Source: Candidatus Rokuibacteriota bacterium (lineage in GTDB: Bacteria; Methylomirabilota; Methylomirabilia; Rokubacteriales; CSP1-6). From it: DNA of 64,000 bases. The notes below the pieces were generated by a model. The model was not told the origin of the DNA, searched no databases, and was given only the letters and a program-made list of their open reading frames with translations. The DNA is taken from the NCBI GenBank assembly GCA_003221515.1, contig QHSI01000101.1:2753-66752 (forward strand). The letters run 5' to 3'. Made by a program: the position numbers and the translations under genes. This document shows, piece after piece, positions 18,876 through 28,616 of this stretch. Within the stretch, counting starts at the first letter, position 1. Every line of letters begins with the position of its first letter.

Positions 18876-19865
18876 GTGGCCGCGGCCCCGCTGCTGGTCG
18901 TCGAGGATCTCAAGACCCACTTCTTCACCCGACGCGGCGTCACCAAGGCGGTGGACGGCGTCAGCTTCACGCTCCACGCCGGCGAGACCCTGGCGCTCGT
19001 GGGCGAGTCCGGGAGCGGCAAGTCGGTCACGTGCCTCTCGCTGGTGCGGCTGGTGCCCGAGCCGGCGGGCCGGATCGTCGGCGGTCGCGTGCTGCTCGAG
19101 GGCGAGGATCTGCTGACCAAGAGCCCGGGGGAGATGCGGCGCGTACGCGGCAAGAAGATCGCGATGGTGCTGCAGGACCCGATGACGTCGCTCAATCCCG
19201 CCCTGACGATCGGCACGCAGGTCAGCGAAGTGGTGCGGCTCCATCAGGGACTGCGCGGAGGGGCGTTGCGCGAGCGCGTGCTGAGCGCCCTGCGGCGCCT
19301 GCGCATCTCGGCCGCCGACACGCGGCTCGGCCAATACCCGCACCAGTTCAGCGGCGGCATGCGGCAGCGCGTCTCGAGCGCGATCGGGCTCTCGTGCGAG
19401 CCCCGCCTCTTGATCGCGGACGAGCCCACGACGTCGCTCGACGTGACGATCCAGGCGCAGTACCTGGAGCTGCTCAAGGAAGTCCAGGCGGCGGCCGGCG
19501 TGGCGATCATCCTGGTCACCCACGATTTCGGCATCGTCGCGGCGATCGCCGACCGCGTGGCCGTGATGTACGCCGGGCGCATCGTCGAGATGGGCACCAC
19601 GCTGGAGGTCTTCAACAACCCCAGCCACCCCTACACGCGAGCCCTCCTTCGTTGCCTCCCCGACGTCGGGCTCGGCCGCCAGCAGCTCGTCGAGATCGGC
19701 GGCCAGCCGCCCGATCTGTCGCGCCTTCCGGCGGGGTGTCCCTTCGCGCCGCGCTGTCCCGAACGGCAGTCGATCTGCGAGGAGCAATCGCCGCCCACGG
19801 TCTCGGTCGGCGACGGCCACCTGGCGGAGTGCTGGGCGACGAAGGCCGTCGGCAGTCAACAATGA
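18876..19865 (+). CDS. ABC transporter ATP-binding protein (DppD-like), 329 aa
   Basis: GTG start directly after the permease TAG. Walker A 'GESGSGKS', 'LSGGMRQR', C-terminal oligopeptide-transporter domain. Confidence 0.9.
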   Translation: MAAAPLLVVEDLKTHFFTRRGVTKAVDGVSFTLHAGETLALVGESGSGKSVTCLSLVRLVPEPAGRIVGGRVLLEGEDLLTKSPGEMRRVRGKKIAMVLQDPMTSLNPALTIGTQVSEVVRLHQGLRGGALRERVLSALRRLRISAADTRLGQYPHQFSGGMRQRVSSAIGLSCEPRLLIADEPTTSLDVTIQAQYLELLKEVQAAAGVAIILVTHDFGIVAAIADRVAVMYAGRIVEMGTTLEVFNNPSHPYTRALLRCLPDVGLGRQQLVEIGGQPPDLSRLPAGCPFAPRCPERQSICEEQSPPTVSVGDGHLAECWATKAVGSQQ

Positions 19866-20815
19866 TCGAGGCCATCGGCCTCAAGAAGTACTTCCCCGTG
19901 AGCAGCGGCTTCGCGATCGGCTCCCGCGGATCGGTGAAGGCGCTCGACGGCGTGAGCATGAAAGTCGGCGCCGGCGAGACGCTCGGCATCGTCGGCGAAT
20001 CCGGGTCCGGCAAGACGACGCTGGCGAAGATCATCCTGCTCCTGGAGCGTCCCACCGCCGGCTCGCTGCGCTTCGACGGCAAGGAGGTCGCCGCGTTCAC
20101 CCGCGACGACCTCGCGCGCTATCGCCGCTCGGTCCAGGCCGTGTTCCAGGATCCCTACAGCTCGCTCAATCCGCGCATGCGCGTCGAGCACATCGTCGCC
20201 GAGCCGCTCCCGCGCGACAACGGGATGAGCCGCGCCGAGAAGACGGAGCGCGTCCGCGAGGTCCTGCAGCTGGTGGGGCTGCGGCGCGACAGCGGCGGGC
20301 TCTACCCGCACGAGTTCAGCGGCGGGCAGCGCCAGCGCATCGCGATCGCCCGCGCGCTCGTGACCTATCCGAAGTTCATCGTGCTCGACGAGCCGGTGTC
20401 GGCGCTGGACGTCTCGATCCGCGCCCAGATCCTGAATCTGCTGAAGGGGTTACAAGAAAAGCTCGGCCTCGCGTACGTCATCATCTCCCACGATCTCGCG
20501 GCCGCCCGCTACCTGGCGACGCGCCTGGCGGTCATGTACGCGGGCAAGCTGGTCGAGACCGGCGAGTGCGACGCGGTCTACGGCGAGCCCCTGCATCCCT
20601 ACACCGAGGCGCTGCTGTCGGCGGCGCTGCCGCTGCATCCCTCGGCGCGACGACAGCGGATCGTCCTGCGGGGCGAGGTGCCGAATCCCGTGAAGCCGCC
20701 CGACGGCTGCCGCTTTCACCCGCGCTGTCCGAAGGCGATGGAGCGCTGCCGGAACGAAGAGCCGGAGGGGCGCGAGGTCAAGCCCGGCCGCTTCACGGCC
20801 TGCCACCTCTACTGA
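19862..20815 (+). CDS. ABC transporter ATP-binding protein (DppF-like), 317 aa
   Basis: ATG at 19862 overlaps the upstream stop (ATGA). 'MIEAIGLKKYFPV...GESGSGKTTLAK...FSGGQRQRIAIARAL'. The 712-aa track ORF is an artefact extended upstream. Confidence 0.9.
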   Translation: MIEAIGLKKYFPVSSGFAIGSRGSVKALDGVSMKVGAGETLGIVGESGSGKTTLAKIILLLERPTAGSLRFDGKEVAAFTRDDLARYRRSVQAVFQDPYSSLNPRMRVEHIVAEPLPRDNGMSRAEKTERVREVLQLVGLRRDSGGLYPHEFSGGQRQRIAIARALVTYPKFIVLDEPVSALDVSIRAQILNLLKGLQEKLGLAYVIISHDLAAARYLATRLAVMYAGKLVETGECDAVYGEPLHPYTEALLSAALPLHPSARRQRIVLRGEVPNPVKPPDGCRFHPRCPKAMERCRNEEPEGREVKPGRFTACHLY

Positions 20816-20818
20816 CGC

Positions 20819-21739
20819 TCAGGCATCCCAGAGGCTCCGGAAGCGGGTGGCGACCACGCTCTCGTAGCTCACCGGCCCGGTCAGCAGCCCGAGCGTCTGG
20901 GCGAAGCCGTTCATGACGGTGACGGCCCGCTCGTCGATCCGCGGATCGTAGAACGGCAGATCGCGCTCGACGACCGCGGCGATGATGTCGGCCGCCGCCG
21001 GCGGGAACCGTCGCCGCCCGACCTCGGTCGCGCGCGCCGGCTCCTTCTTCAAGATTTGCTGAGCGCGAACGATCGCGCGTACCACCGCGGCCACGCGCTC
21101 CGGCTCGCGCGCGATCAGCGCGTCGGTCGTCGAGAGCGCCGCGAACGTGTAGTGCCCGGCGTCGGGCGGGCCGTCGCCACGGCGGACGTCGACCACGATC
21201 GTGCCGACGCCGCGGCGCACCGCGGTCTCGCTGCCGAGCGCGTTGGCCCAGAACCCGTCGATGTCGCCCCGCTCGAGCGCCGCCGCGGCGAGGACGCCGA
21301 AGGAGGCGCCAGGCGCCGTGCCGCCGGGCACGGGCGCGACGCTGACGCCGTCACGGACGGGATCGATGCCGGCCTCGTGCAGGAGCCGCATGAACGCGCG
21401 GTCCGGGCCGGGTGCGGCGCCGATGCGCAATCCCTTCACCGCCCCGACGTCGCCGCGGCGCGCCGGAAGATCGGCGCGGAGCACCAGGAGCCAGGGCGTG
21501 CCCTGCGAGAGCGTGACCACGAGCTTGGCGCCCTTCCAGTTCGGGAACGCGAGCAGCATCGTGTGCGCCCCCCCGGCCACGAAGTCCACGGCGCCGTCGC
21601 GCAGCGCGTTCACCGCGTCGAGCGACGGGAGCAGCTCGACGTGGGCGTCGAGCCCCTCGTCACGATAGACGCCGAGCTCCTCGGCGGCGAGCGCGGGGAA
21701 GTAGGAGTTCGTGACCAGGTCGGGCGTCGCGATCTTCAT
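20819..21739 (-). CDS. NMT1/SsuA-like (NitT/TauT family) ABC substrate-binding protein, 306 aa
   Basis: 'MKIATPDLVTNSYFPALAAEELGVYRDEGLDAHVELLPS...' periplasmic-binding fold. No cognate permease or ATPase nearby. Confidence 0.7.
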   Translation of the reverse strand: MKIATPDLVTNSYFPALAAEELGVYRDEGLDAHVELLPSLDAVNALRDGAVDFVAGGAHTMLLAFPNWKGAKLVVTLSQGTPWLLVLRADLPARRGDVGAVKGLRIGAAPGPDRAFMRLLHEAGIDPVRDGVSVAPVPGGTAPGASFGVLAAAALERGDIDGFWANALGSETAVRRGVGTIVVDVRRGDGPPDAGHYTFAALSTTDALIAREPERVAAVVRAIVRAQQILKKEPARATEVGRRRFPPAAADIIAAVVERDLPFYDPRIDERAVTVMNGFAQTLGLLTGPVSYESVVATRFRSLWDA

Positions 21740-21757
21740 TGTTTGTCGCCAGTAGCC

Positions 21758-23344
21758 CTAGTGCTTCACCGAAGCGTACTTGTAGCCCAGCGCCTCTTCC
21801 CATCTCAGATAATTCTGCATGTCGGCGAAGTTGCGATCGGGCCCGGCGGGCACGACGTCGGTCGGCGGCGCCATCACGCCCGACAGCCCCTTCTCGAGCG
21901 GGAGCCCCGCCTTCTGCCACGCCGCCATGCCCCCGTCGAGCACCGACACGCGCTGGTAGCCGAGCTCCTTCAGCGTGACGGCCGCGAGCATCGAGCCCCG
22001 GTCGTTGAGGCAGGTCACCGCGACCGGCGTGCTCTTCGACGGCACGACGTCGCCGATCCAGAGCTCGAGCCATCCCCGCGGGACCCAACGGGCGCCGGGC
22101 ACGTGGCCGCGGGCGAAGTCCTGGCTGGTGTCGACGAAGATGATGGCCGGCGGCGGCGAGGCGTGCAGCTCGGCCGGCGACACGGCCTTCACGTGGCCGC
22201 GCGCTTCGCGGTAGCCGACCGGAGCCTCGTCCGGAACGCCGCGCTCGAGCGAGCGGCCGCTCGCGGTCCAGGCGGACGTGCCTCCACTGACGGCGTAGAC
22301 CTCGCGGTAGCCCATCTGGCGGTACCACGAGGCGATCAGCGTCGCGCGCGCCTTGCCGTCGCAGGCGAAGACGATCGGTGCATTCTTCACGACCGCCACG
22401 TCGTCGGAGCGCTGGACGGCCTGACCACCGGGGAACCAGCGGAAGCCAGGGATATGCCCCGCGGCGTACTCCTCGGCGGTGCGGACGTCGATCAGGTAGA
22501 CGACCTCCTGGCGGCCGCGTTCGATCACGGCGAGCAGCCCGGCGACGTCCAGGGAGCGCACGCCGTCTTCGGCGGCGAGCTTCGCGGCGTACGCTTCCGC
22601 CGCCGCCACGCCCTCGGCCGACGGCGGCGCCAGCCGCACGCGATCGGCGCCGGTCTCGAGCTTGTGGCCCGCCAGCACCCAGCCGGCGGTCCCGTTCTTC
22701 AGGCCGTAGACGTTGGGAATGCCCATGCGCTGCAGGACGCGCGTGCCGATGATGCTGCGCGTGCGGCCCGCGCAGTTGACGATGATCGTCGTGTCCCGGT
22801 CGAGGTTCTTGGCGATGTCGGTGATGCGCAGCGAAAGCTCGCCGCCCGGCACGCTCCGGCCGCCGGGGATGCAGAAGCGCTGGAATTCCTCCGGCGTGCG
22901 GCTGTCCAGGATGACGAACTTCTCGCCCTTCGCGATGCGCTCGGCCAGCTCCTTGGCCTCGATCTCCGGGACGTGGTTGACGACCTCGACCTTCTCGCCG
23001 AAGTCCTTGCTGGGCACGTTGCTGCCCCACTCGGTCTCGAAGCCGTCGGTCACCCAGCGGTTGATGCCGCCGTCGAGCACCGACACGCGACGGTACCCCA
23101 GCCGCTCCACGGAGGCCGCCGCGAGCTGCGCGCGCCGCCCGTCGTCGTCGCACAGCACGACGTGCGTGTCCGTCAGCGGGACGGCGTGCTTGATCGAGAG
23201 CTCGAGCTGGCGCCGGGCGATGAGGCTGGCACCGGGAATATGGCTGCTGTTGTACTCGCCCGCTTCCCTGACGTCGATCAGGGCGAACGGTGCGGCGCCT
23301 TCGAGGAGGCCTTTCAACGCTTGCGCGGCGATCTTGTCGGCCAT
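21758..23344 (-). CDS. Multi-domain rhodanese (four tandem rhodanese/sulfurtransferase domains), 528 aa
   Basis: Four repeats of the '...IDVR...EY..GHIPGA...' module. ATG at 23344 preceded by AGGAGAGAGAGA. Confidence 0.85.
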   Translation of the reverse strand: MADKIAAQALKGLLEGAAPFALIDVREAGEYNSSHIPGASLIARRQLELSIKHAVPLTDTHVVLCDDDGRRAQLAAASVERLGYRRVSVLDGGINRWVTDGFETEWGSNVPSKDFGEKVEVVNHVPEIEAKELAERIAKGEKFVILDSRTPEEFQRFCIPGGRSVPGGELSLRITDIAKNLDRDTTIIVNCAGRTRSIIGTRVLQRMGIPNVYGLKNGTAGWVLAGHKLETGADRVRLAPPSAEGVAAAEAYAAKLAAEDGVRSLDVAGLLAVIERGRQEVVYLIDVRTAEEYAAGHIPGFRWFPGGQAVQRSDDVAVVKNAPIVFACDGKARATLIASWYRQMGYREVYAVSGGTSAWTASGRSLERGVPDEAPVGYREARGHVKAVSPAELHASPPPAIIFVDTSQDFARGHVPGARWVPRGWLELWIGDVVPSKSTPVAVTCLNDRGSMLAAVTLKELGYQRVSVLDGGMAAWQKAGLPLEKGLSGVMAPPTDVVPAGPDRNFADMQNYLRWEEALGYKYASVKH

Positions 23345-23407
23345 GGTCGAGTCTCTCTCTCCTGCTTTATGAGGTGCTAGACAGCGTGCCGCCGAGGTTC
23401 GCGCTCA

Positions 23408-23497
23408 CAGGCCGAGGACCTTGATGTACCATTCCCGCGTCCGCTCCCGGCTGCTGATCGGGACGTTGACGTGATGAACGAGCTTGATCCGGGGCAT
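23408..23497 (-). pseudogene. VOC/glyoxalase-family N-terminal fragment (30 codons) terminated by TGA
   Basis: 'MPRIKLVHHVNVPISSRERTREWYIKVLGL*' is a typical VOC beta-alpha-beta start but stops after 30 aa. No continuation in other frames. Confidence 0.3.
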
Positions 23498-23670
23498 GGC
23501 ATGGCCTCCGTTACGTGGAGTGCACGAATCATCATCCCCGAGACGGGCGCGCGTCAAGCGGCCTCGTCTCTCCCGCGGCGCGGCTCTACACACGCAGTGC
23601 GCGCTGCAGGCCGTCGCGGGGCTGGGGCCCCGCCGGCCGCGGCGCGGCTACGACAGAGGAGGAATCGGCA

Positions 23671-24534
23671 ATGACGATCGTGGGCAGCGGCACCTACCAG
23701 TACGAGCTGAACGAGAAGTGGGCCCAGCTACCCAGCGGCTGGGCGTGGGGCCAGGTGAGCGCGGTGGCCACCGACTCCCAGGACCGGGTCTACGCCTTCC
23801 AGCGCAAGGATCCGCCGATCGTCGTGTTCGACCGTCACGGGCAATACCTCACGTCGTGGGGCAGCGGCCTCATCACCGACCCCCACGGCATCGCCATCAA
23901 GGACGACGTGATCTATGTGACCGACCGCAACGACCACCTGGCGATGAAGTTCACGCTCGACGGCAAGCCGCTGCTCACGCTCGGCGTCCGCGGCCAGGCC
24001 TCCGACACCGGCGCGACGAAGGACATCGAGCTCCCGCCGCGCGCCGCCGGGCCCTTCAACAAGCCGACGGAGATGTTCCCGGCGCCGTCCGGCGAGCTCT
24101 ACGTGTCCGACGGCTACCGGAACAGCCGCGTGCACCGCTTCGCGGCCGACGGCAAGCTGATCGACTCCTGGGGCAAGCCCGGCAAGCAGGAGCCCGGAGA
24201 GTTCCATCTCCCGCACAGCCTCTGGGTCGACCGGGCGGGCACGGTCTACGTGTGCGATCGCGAGAACAGCCGCATCCAGGTCTTCACGGGCGCGGGGAAG
24301 TTCGTCGCCCAGTGGCGCGACATCCACAAGCCCACCGACATCTACTTCGACGCGCAGGAGATCGCGTACGTCAGCGAGCAGCGGCCGTCGGTCAGCGTGC
24401 TGGAGAAGAACGGCAAGGTGCTGGCGCGCTTCGACTCGCCCTCGGGTCACGGCATCTGGGTCGACTCCCGCGGCGACATCTACCTGGCCGAAGCCGGCGG
24501 CAAGCGGCTGACGAAGTACGTGCGCAAGCGTTGA
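23671..24534 (+). CDS. NHL-repeat (6-bladed beta-propeller) protein, 287 aa
   Basis: ATG at 23671 preceded by AGAGGAGG. Repeated 'YVTDxxNxRIQ'/'YVSD..N.RV'/'VYVCDRENSRIQVF' NHL motifs. Confidence 0.8.
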   Translation: MTIVGSGTYQYELNEKWAQLPSGWAWGQVSAVATDSQDRVYAFQRKDPPIVVFDRHGQYLTSWGSGLITDPHGIAIKDDVIYVTDRNDHLAMKFTLDGKPLLTLGVRGQASDTGATKDIELPPRAAGPFNKPTEMFPAPSGELYVSDGYRNSRVHRFAADGKLIDSWGKPGKQEPGEFHLPHSLWVDRAGTVYVCDRENSRIQVFTGAGKFVAQWRDIHKPTDIYFDAQEIAYVSEQRPSVSVLEKNGKVLARFDSPSGHGIWVDSRGDIYLAEAGGKRLTKYVRKR

Positions 24535-24536
24535 GG

Positions 24537-24608
24537 GCGCGTCGCTCCCGCCCCCGCGCGGCGGGTCGCTCCCGCCGCCACGCGGCCGGTCGCTCCGGCC
24601 GCCGCGCC
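24537..24608 (+). repeat. Three imperfect tandem copies of a 24-bp GC-rich unit (GCGGGTCGCTCCCGCCGCCNCGCG), intergenic
   Basis: 24537-24560 GCGCGTCGCTCCCGCCCCCGCGCG; 24561-24584 GCGGGTCGCTCCCGCCGCCACGCG; 24585-24608 GCCGGTCGCTCCGGCCGCCGCGCC. Confidence 0.7.
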
Positions 24609-24689
24609 GCCGCGGCGGCGGCCACGGCGCTGCCCCCGGACGTCCACGCTGATTCGCTCTCGCGGCTGCCCCTCCCCACCCGCGAGGAG

Positions 24690-25223
24690 ATGGACGCACA
24701 GGGCCAGCGTCTCTACGACGCGGTCGTCGGCCCGCAGAGTCGGACGCTGGTCGGGCTGCAGGGCCCGAGCGGGATCTGGCTCCATAGCCCACGGCTGGGC
24801 GAGCTCCAGCGCGCCGTGAACCAGTACCTGCGTTTCGACACCGCGCTCGGCCGTCGCCTCACCGAGCTGGCGATCCTGGTCGCGGCGCGCGAGCTCGACA
24901 GCCAGTTCGAGTGGACGGCGCACGAGCCCGCGGCGCTCATCGAGGGGCTGGAGCAGACGATCATCGACGTCGTGAAGCGCCGCCGACCCCTGGCCGGCCT
25001 ACCCGCGAAGGAGGCGGCGATCGTGGGCTTCGGCCGCGAGCTCTTTCGCCGCAGGAAAGTCCAGTCGCAAACCTTCGCCCGGGCCGTGGAGCTGTTCGGG
25101 CGCCAGGGCGTGGTCGAGCTCGTGGCGCTGATGGGGAACTACGCCGCGACGGCGCTCGTGTTCAGGGCGGTCGATCAGCAGGTCCACCCGGGCCGGAAGC
25201 CTTTGTTGCCGATACCCCGATAG
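24690..25223 (+). CDS. Carboxymuconolactone decarboxylase (CMD/AhpD-like) family protein, 177 aa
   Basis: 'MDAQGQRLYDAVVGPQSRTLVGLQGPSGIWLHSPRLGELQ...LVALMGNYAATALV' matches the CMD fold. The 579-aa track ORF upstream of 24690 is an artefact. Confidence 0.7.
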   Translation: MDAQGQRLYDAVVGPQSRTLVGLQGPSGIWLHSPRLGELQRAVNQYLRFDTALGRRLTELAILVAARELDSQFEWTAHEPAALIEGLEQTIIDVVKRRRPLAGLPAKEAAIVGFGRELFRRRKVQSQTFARAVELFGRQGVVELVALMGNYAATALVFRAVDQQVHPGRKPLLPIPR

Positions 25224-25281
25224 GTGTGCTACGAGAAGCCTGTGCTGTCCCAGTGAGGGAGCTTTCCGGAGGAAGAGACTG

Positions 25282-26964
25282 ATGGCTCACGATCTCGTCA
25301 TCAAGAACGGCATGGTCGTCGACGGCTCAGGGTTTTCCCGCTATCGCGCCGACGTGGGGGTGAAGGACGGCAAGATCGTCGAGATCGGCAAGATCCGCGG
25401 CGCCTCCGCCGCGACGATCGACGCCGAAGGGCTCTTCGTCGCGCCGGGCATCATCGACACGCACACCCACTACGACGCCCAGCCCTTCTGGGACAAGCTC
25501 TGCACCTCGTCCATCTGGCACGGGGTGACCACGGTCCTGATGGGCAACTGCGGCCTGACCCTGGCCCCGCTGCGGCCGGAGCATCGCGACGCGATGCTCG
25601 CGACGTTCTGCTGCGTCGAGGACATCCCGGTGCGCTCGCTCGCGTCCGTCGTCCCGTGGACCTGGGAGAACTTCGACGAGTACCTGACCGCGATCGACAT
25701 CGGGCTCGGGCTCAACCTGATGCCGCTGGTCGGCCACAATCCCCTCCGGCTCTCGGCGATGGACCAGGCCGCCTGGGACCGCGCCGCGACGCCGGACGAG
25801 ATCGCCCACATGCAGCGGCTGCTGCACGAGTCGCTCGAGGCCGGCGCCTGGGGCTGGAGCACGACGGATTCGCCGACGCACGCGGGACCGCAAGGCCAGC
25901 CCGTGCCGAGCCGGCTCGCCGCCGACGAGGAGCGCGTGGCCTTTGGCCGGACGCTCGGCGAGTTCAACAGGGGGATCATCGAGATCCTGCCGAAGGGCGC
26001 CGGCAAGCCAAGCCCCGCCGACCTCGATCACCTGCGCGACGTGGCCGTGGCGAGCGGCCGCCCGGTGTTCTTCCTGAGCTTCGACACCAACGCCTGGCCG
26101 TACGTGCAGAAGGCCTCGCGCGAGGGCGCGCAGCTCTACAACCTGCTGCGGGCGATCCCGTTCAATCCGCGATTCACGCTGAAGAAGACGACCTTCTTCC
26201 ATAACCTCGACGTGTGGGACGTCGTCATGCACCTGCGCGTCCCCGAGCGGCTGGCCGCGCTCGCCGACCCCGAGCGGCGCGCGAAGATGCGCGACCAGGC
26301 CCTGAAGCCGCAGCGGCGGCGGCCCGGCGTGGCGGGCCGGCTCGTGCCCTGGAGCGCGATCTTCGTCCGCAAGGTGAAGCTCGCCAAGAACGGGGGACTC
26401 GTCGACCAGAGCCTGACCGTGCTCGCCCAGAAACACAACAAGCACGTCGCCGACATGATGCTGGACCTGGCGCTCGAGGAAGGGCTCGACACGGAGTTCC
26501 AGCTGATGACGCGCTCGGCCGAGGAAGAAGTGCTGATCGCCGACATGGTGAAGAGCGGCCACGCGCTGCCGACGCAGTCCGACGCGGGCGCGCACCTGAA
26601 CACGAACTTCTGCACCGCCGGCGAGTCGAGCTACGTGCTGGGTCAGTGGGTGCGTGACCGCGAGCTGCTCACGCTCGAGGACGCGATCCGCCGGTACACC
26701 TTCCAGCCCGCCCGCATCATGGGCCTGCGCGATCGCGGCATGATCCGCGAGGGGCTGGCGGCCGACCTGATGGTGTTCGACCTGGCGTCGATCGGCATCA
26801 GGGAGGACGAAGTCACCCACGACGGGCCGTCCGGCACTCCGCGGCGGGTGCAGGGCGCCGACGGTGTGCATCACGTGATCGTCGGCGGCCAGGTGGTGCT
26901 GGAGCACGGCAAGCACACCGGCGCGTTCCCCGGTCGCGTGTTGCGCGCCGGCCGGGAGCACTGA
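25282..26964 (+). CDS. N-acyl-D-amino-acid deacylase (D-aminoacylase) family amidohydrolase, 560 aa
   Basis: 'MAHDLVIKNGMVVDGSGFSRYRADVGVKDGKIVEIG...APGIIDTHTHYD' is the Amidohydro_3 metal-binding start. Confidence 0.85.
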   Translation: MAHDLVIKNGMVVDGSGFSRYRADVGVKDGKIVEIGKIRGASAATIDAEGLFVAPGIIDTHTHYDAQPFWDKLCTSSIWHGVTTVLMGNCGLTLAPLRPEHRDAMLATFCCVEDIPVRSLASVVPWTWENFDEYLTAIDIGLGLNLMPLVGHNPLRLSAMDQAAWDRAATPDEIAHMQRLLHESLEAGAWGWSTTDSPTHAGPQGQPVPSRLAADEERVAFGRTLGEFNRGIIEILPKGAGKPSPADLDHLRDVAVASGRPVFFLSFDTNAWPYVQKASREGAQLYNLLRAIPFNPRFTLKKTTFFHNLDVWDVVMHLRVPERLAALADPERRAKMRDQALKPQRRRPGVAGRLVPWSAIFVRKVKLAKNGGLVDQSLTVLAQKHNKHVADMMLDLALEEGLDTEFQLMTRSAEEEVLIADMVKSGHALPTQSDAGAHLNTNFCTAGESSYVLGQWVRDRELLTLEDAIRRYTFQPARIMGLRDRGMIREGLAADLMVFDLASIGIREDEVTHDGPSGTPRRVQGADGVHHVIVGGQVVLEHGKHTGAFPGRVLRAGREH

Positions 26965-27056
26965 GGGGCTCTCAGTTCCCTCGGTCTCTGGGACGCGGGA
27001 TACGCTCTCCGGACGTACGCCACCAGCTCCTCGACGAATTGCTCCGCGGAGGACCT

Positions 27057-28616
27057 ATGAGAACCACGCTGACGTCGATCGCACTTCTTCTCGCTCTCGT
27101 CGTGTTCGCGGTCCCAGGGCTCGCGCAGGAAAAGCTCGGCAAGCTCACGTTCCCGACGTCCTGCGACACCACGGTGCGGGCGCAGTTCGAGCGCGGCGTG
27201 GCGATGCTGCACTCGTACTGGTTCACGGAAGCGCGCAAGGTGTTCGACGGCGTCGTCCAGCAGGATCCGAAGTGCGCGATGGGGTACTGGGGGCTGGCCG
27301 TCAACTACCTCGGAAACTCGCTGGCGGCGCCGCCGCCACCCAAGGACGCCGTGGCGGCGGCCGAGGCGCTCGACAAGGCGCGGGCGATCGGGGCGAAGAC
27401 CCAGCGCGAGAAGGACTGGATCGAGGCGATCGGCGCCTACTTCAAGGACCACGACAAGGCGCCGCTGAACGCCCGGATGGCCGCCTACACGAAGGCGATG
27501 GAGCAGATGGCGCAGCGCTATCCGGACGACTTCGAAGCGTCCGTCTACTACGCGCTGACCCTGCAGGCCTCGGCGCCCAAGAACGACAAGACCTACGCCA
27601 ACCAGCTCAAATCTGCGGAGATCCTGGAACGCCTGTTCAAGCAGAACCCCGACCATCCCGGCGTGGCCCACTACCTGGTCCACGCCTACGACTACCCCCC
27701 GCTCGCCGACAAGGGCATCAAGATCGCAGCGCTCTATGGGCGGCTCGCGCCGGCAGCGCCGCACGCCCGGCACATGCCCTCGCACATCTACTCCATGGTC
27801 GGCATGTGGGAGGATTCGATCGCCTCGAACCGGTCGGCGCTCGAGATCCAGTCCGACTACCATCACGCGACCGACTTCGTCGTGTACGCCCACTTGCAGC
27901 TCGCTCAAGACGCGAAGGCGAAGACGCTGGTGGATCAGATCGCCGCGCTTCCCAAGCAGGATTATCCGAACATCGCGGTCTTCACGGCCGTCGCGGTGGT
28001 CCCGGCGCGCTATGCGCTCGAGCGCGGTGACTGGGCCGGCGCGGCGAAGTTGCCGGTCGTGTCGACCGGGCGCGCTCAAGCCGATTCCCTCGTGCGCTTC
28101 ACGCGCGGCCTCGGCATGGCGCGGAGCGGCGATCTGGCCGGAGCGAAGGGCGAGATCAAGGCGATGCAAGACCTGCGTACCGCGCTGGAGAAATCGAATC
28201 AATCCTACTGGGCCGACCGGACCGAAGAGCAGATGCTGGCCGTCTCCGCGTGGATCGCGTACGCCGAGGGCACGCGTGACCAGGCCCTGAAGCTCATGCG
28301 CGACGCCGCCGACAACGAGGATGCCAGCGTCAAGCACGTGGCGATGGAGAACCGGCTCTACCCGATGCGCGAGCTGCTCGGGGAGCTCTTGCTGCAGATG
28401 GGACAGGGCGCGGCCGCGGAGCGCGAGTTCGAGGCGTCGCTCAAGGAGAATCCGAACCGCTATCGCGGTCTCTACGGCGCCGCGCGAGCGGCGGAGGCGG
28501 CCGGCGATCGCCAGAAGGCGGCGGGATACTTCGAGAAGCTCGTGGCGCTGGCCAGCAAGGCCGACACGGCGCGACCGGAGACCGCGCGCGCGAAGGCGTT
28601 CCTCGGCCAGCGTTGA
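27057..28616 (+). CDS. Secreted TPR-like repeat protein of unknown function, 519 aa
   Basis: ATG at 27057 after GGAGGA. Signal peptide 'MRTTLTSIALLLALVVFAVPGLAQ'. Helical repeat content throughout. Confidence 0.7.
   Translation: MRTTLTSIALLLALVVFAVPGLAQEKLGKLTFPTSCDTTVRAQFERGVAMLHSYWFTEARKVFDGVVQQDPKCAMGYWGLAVNYLGNSLAAPPPPKDAVAAAEALDKARAIGAKTQREKDWIEAIGAYFKDHDKAPLNARMAAYTKAMEQMAQRYPDDFEASVYYALTLQASAPKNDKTYANQLKSAEILERLFKQNPDHPGVAHYLVHAYDYPPLADKGIKIAALYGRLAPAAPHARHMPSHIYSMVGMWEDSIASNRSALEIQSDYHHATDFVVYAHLQLAQDAKAKTLVDQIAALPKQDYPNIAVFTAVAVVPARYALERGDWAGAAKLPVVSTGRAQADSLVRFTRGLGMARSGDLAGAKGEIKAMQDLRTALEKSNQSYWADRTEEQMLAVSAWIAYAEGTRDQALKLMRDAADNEDASVKHVAMENRLYPMRELLGELLLQMGQGAAAEREFEASLKENPNRYRGLYGAARAAEAAGDRQKAAGYFEKLVALASKADTARPETARAKAFLGQR

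Noticed and set aside
24537-24608. CRISPR array?
   Set aside because: Only three directly abutting 24-bp units with no spacers and no cas genes; it is a simple tandem repeat.
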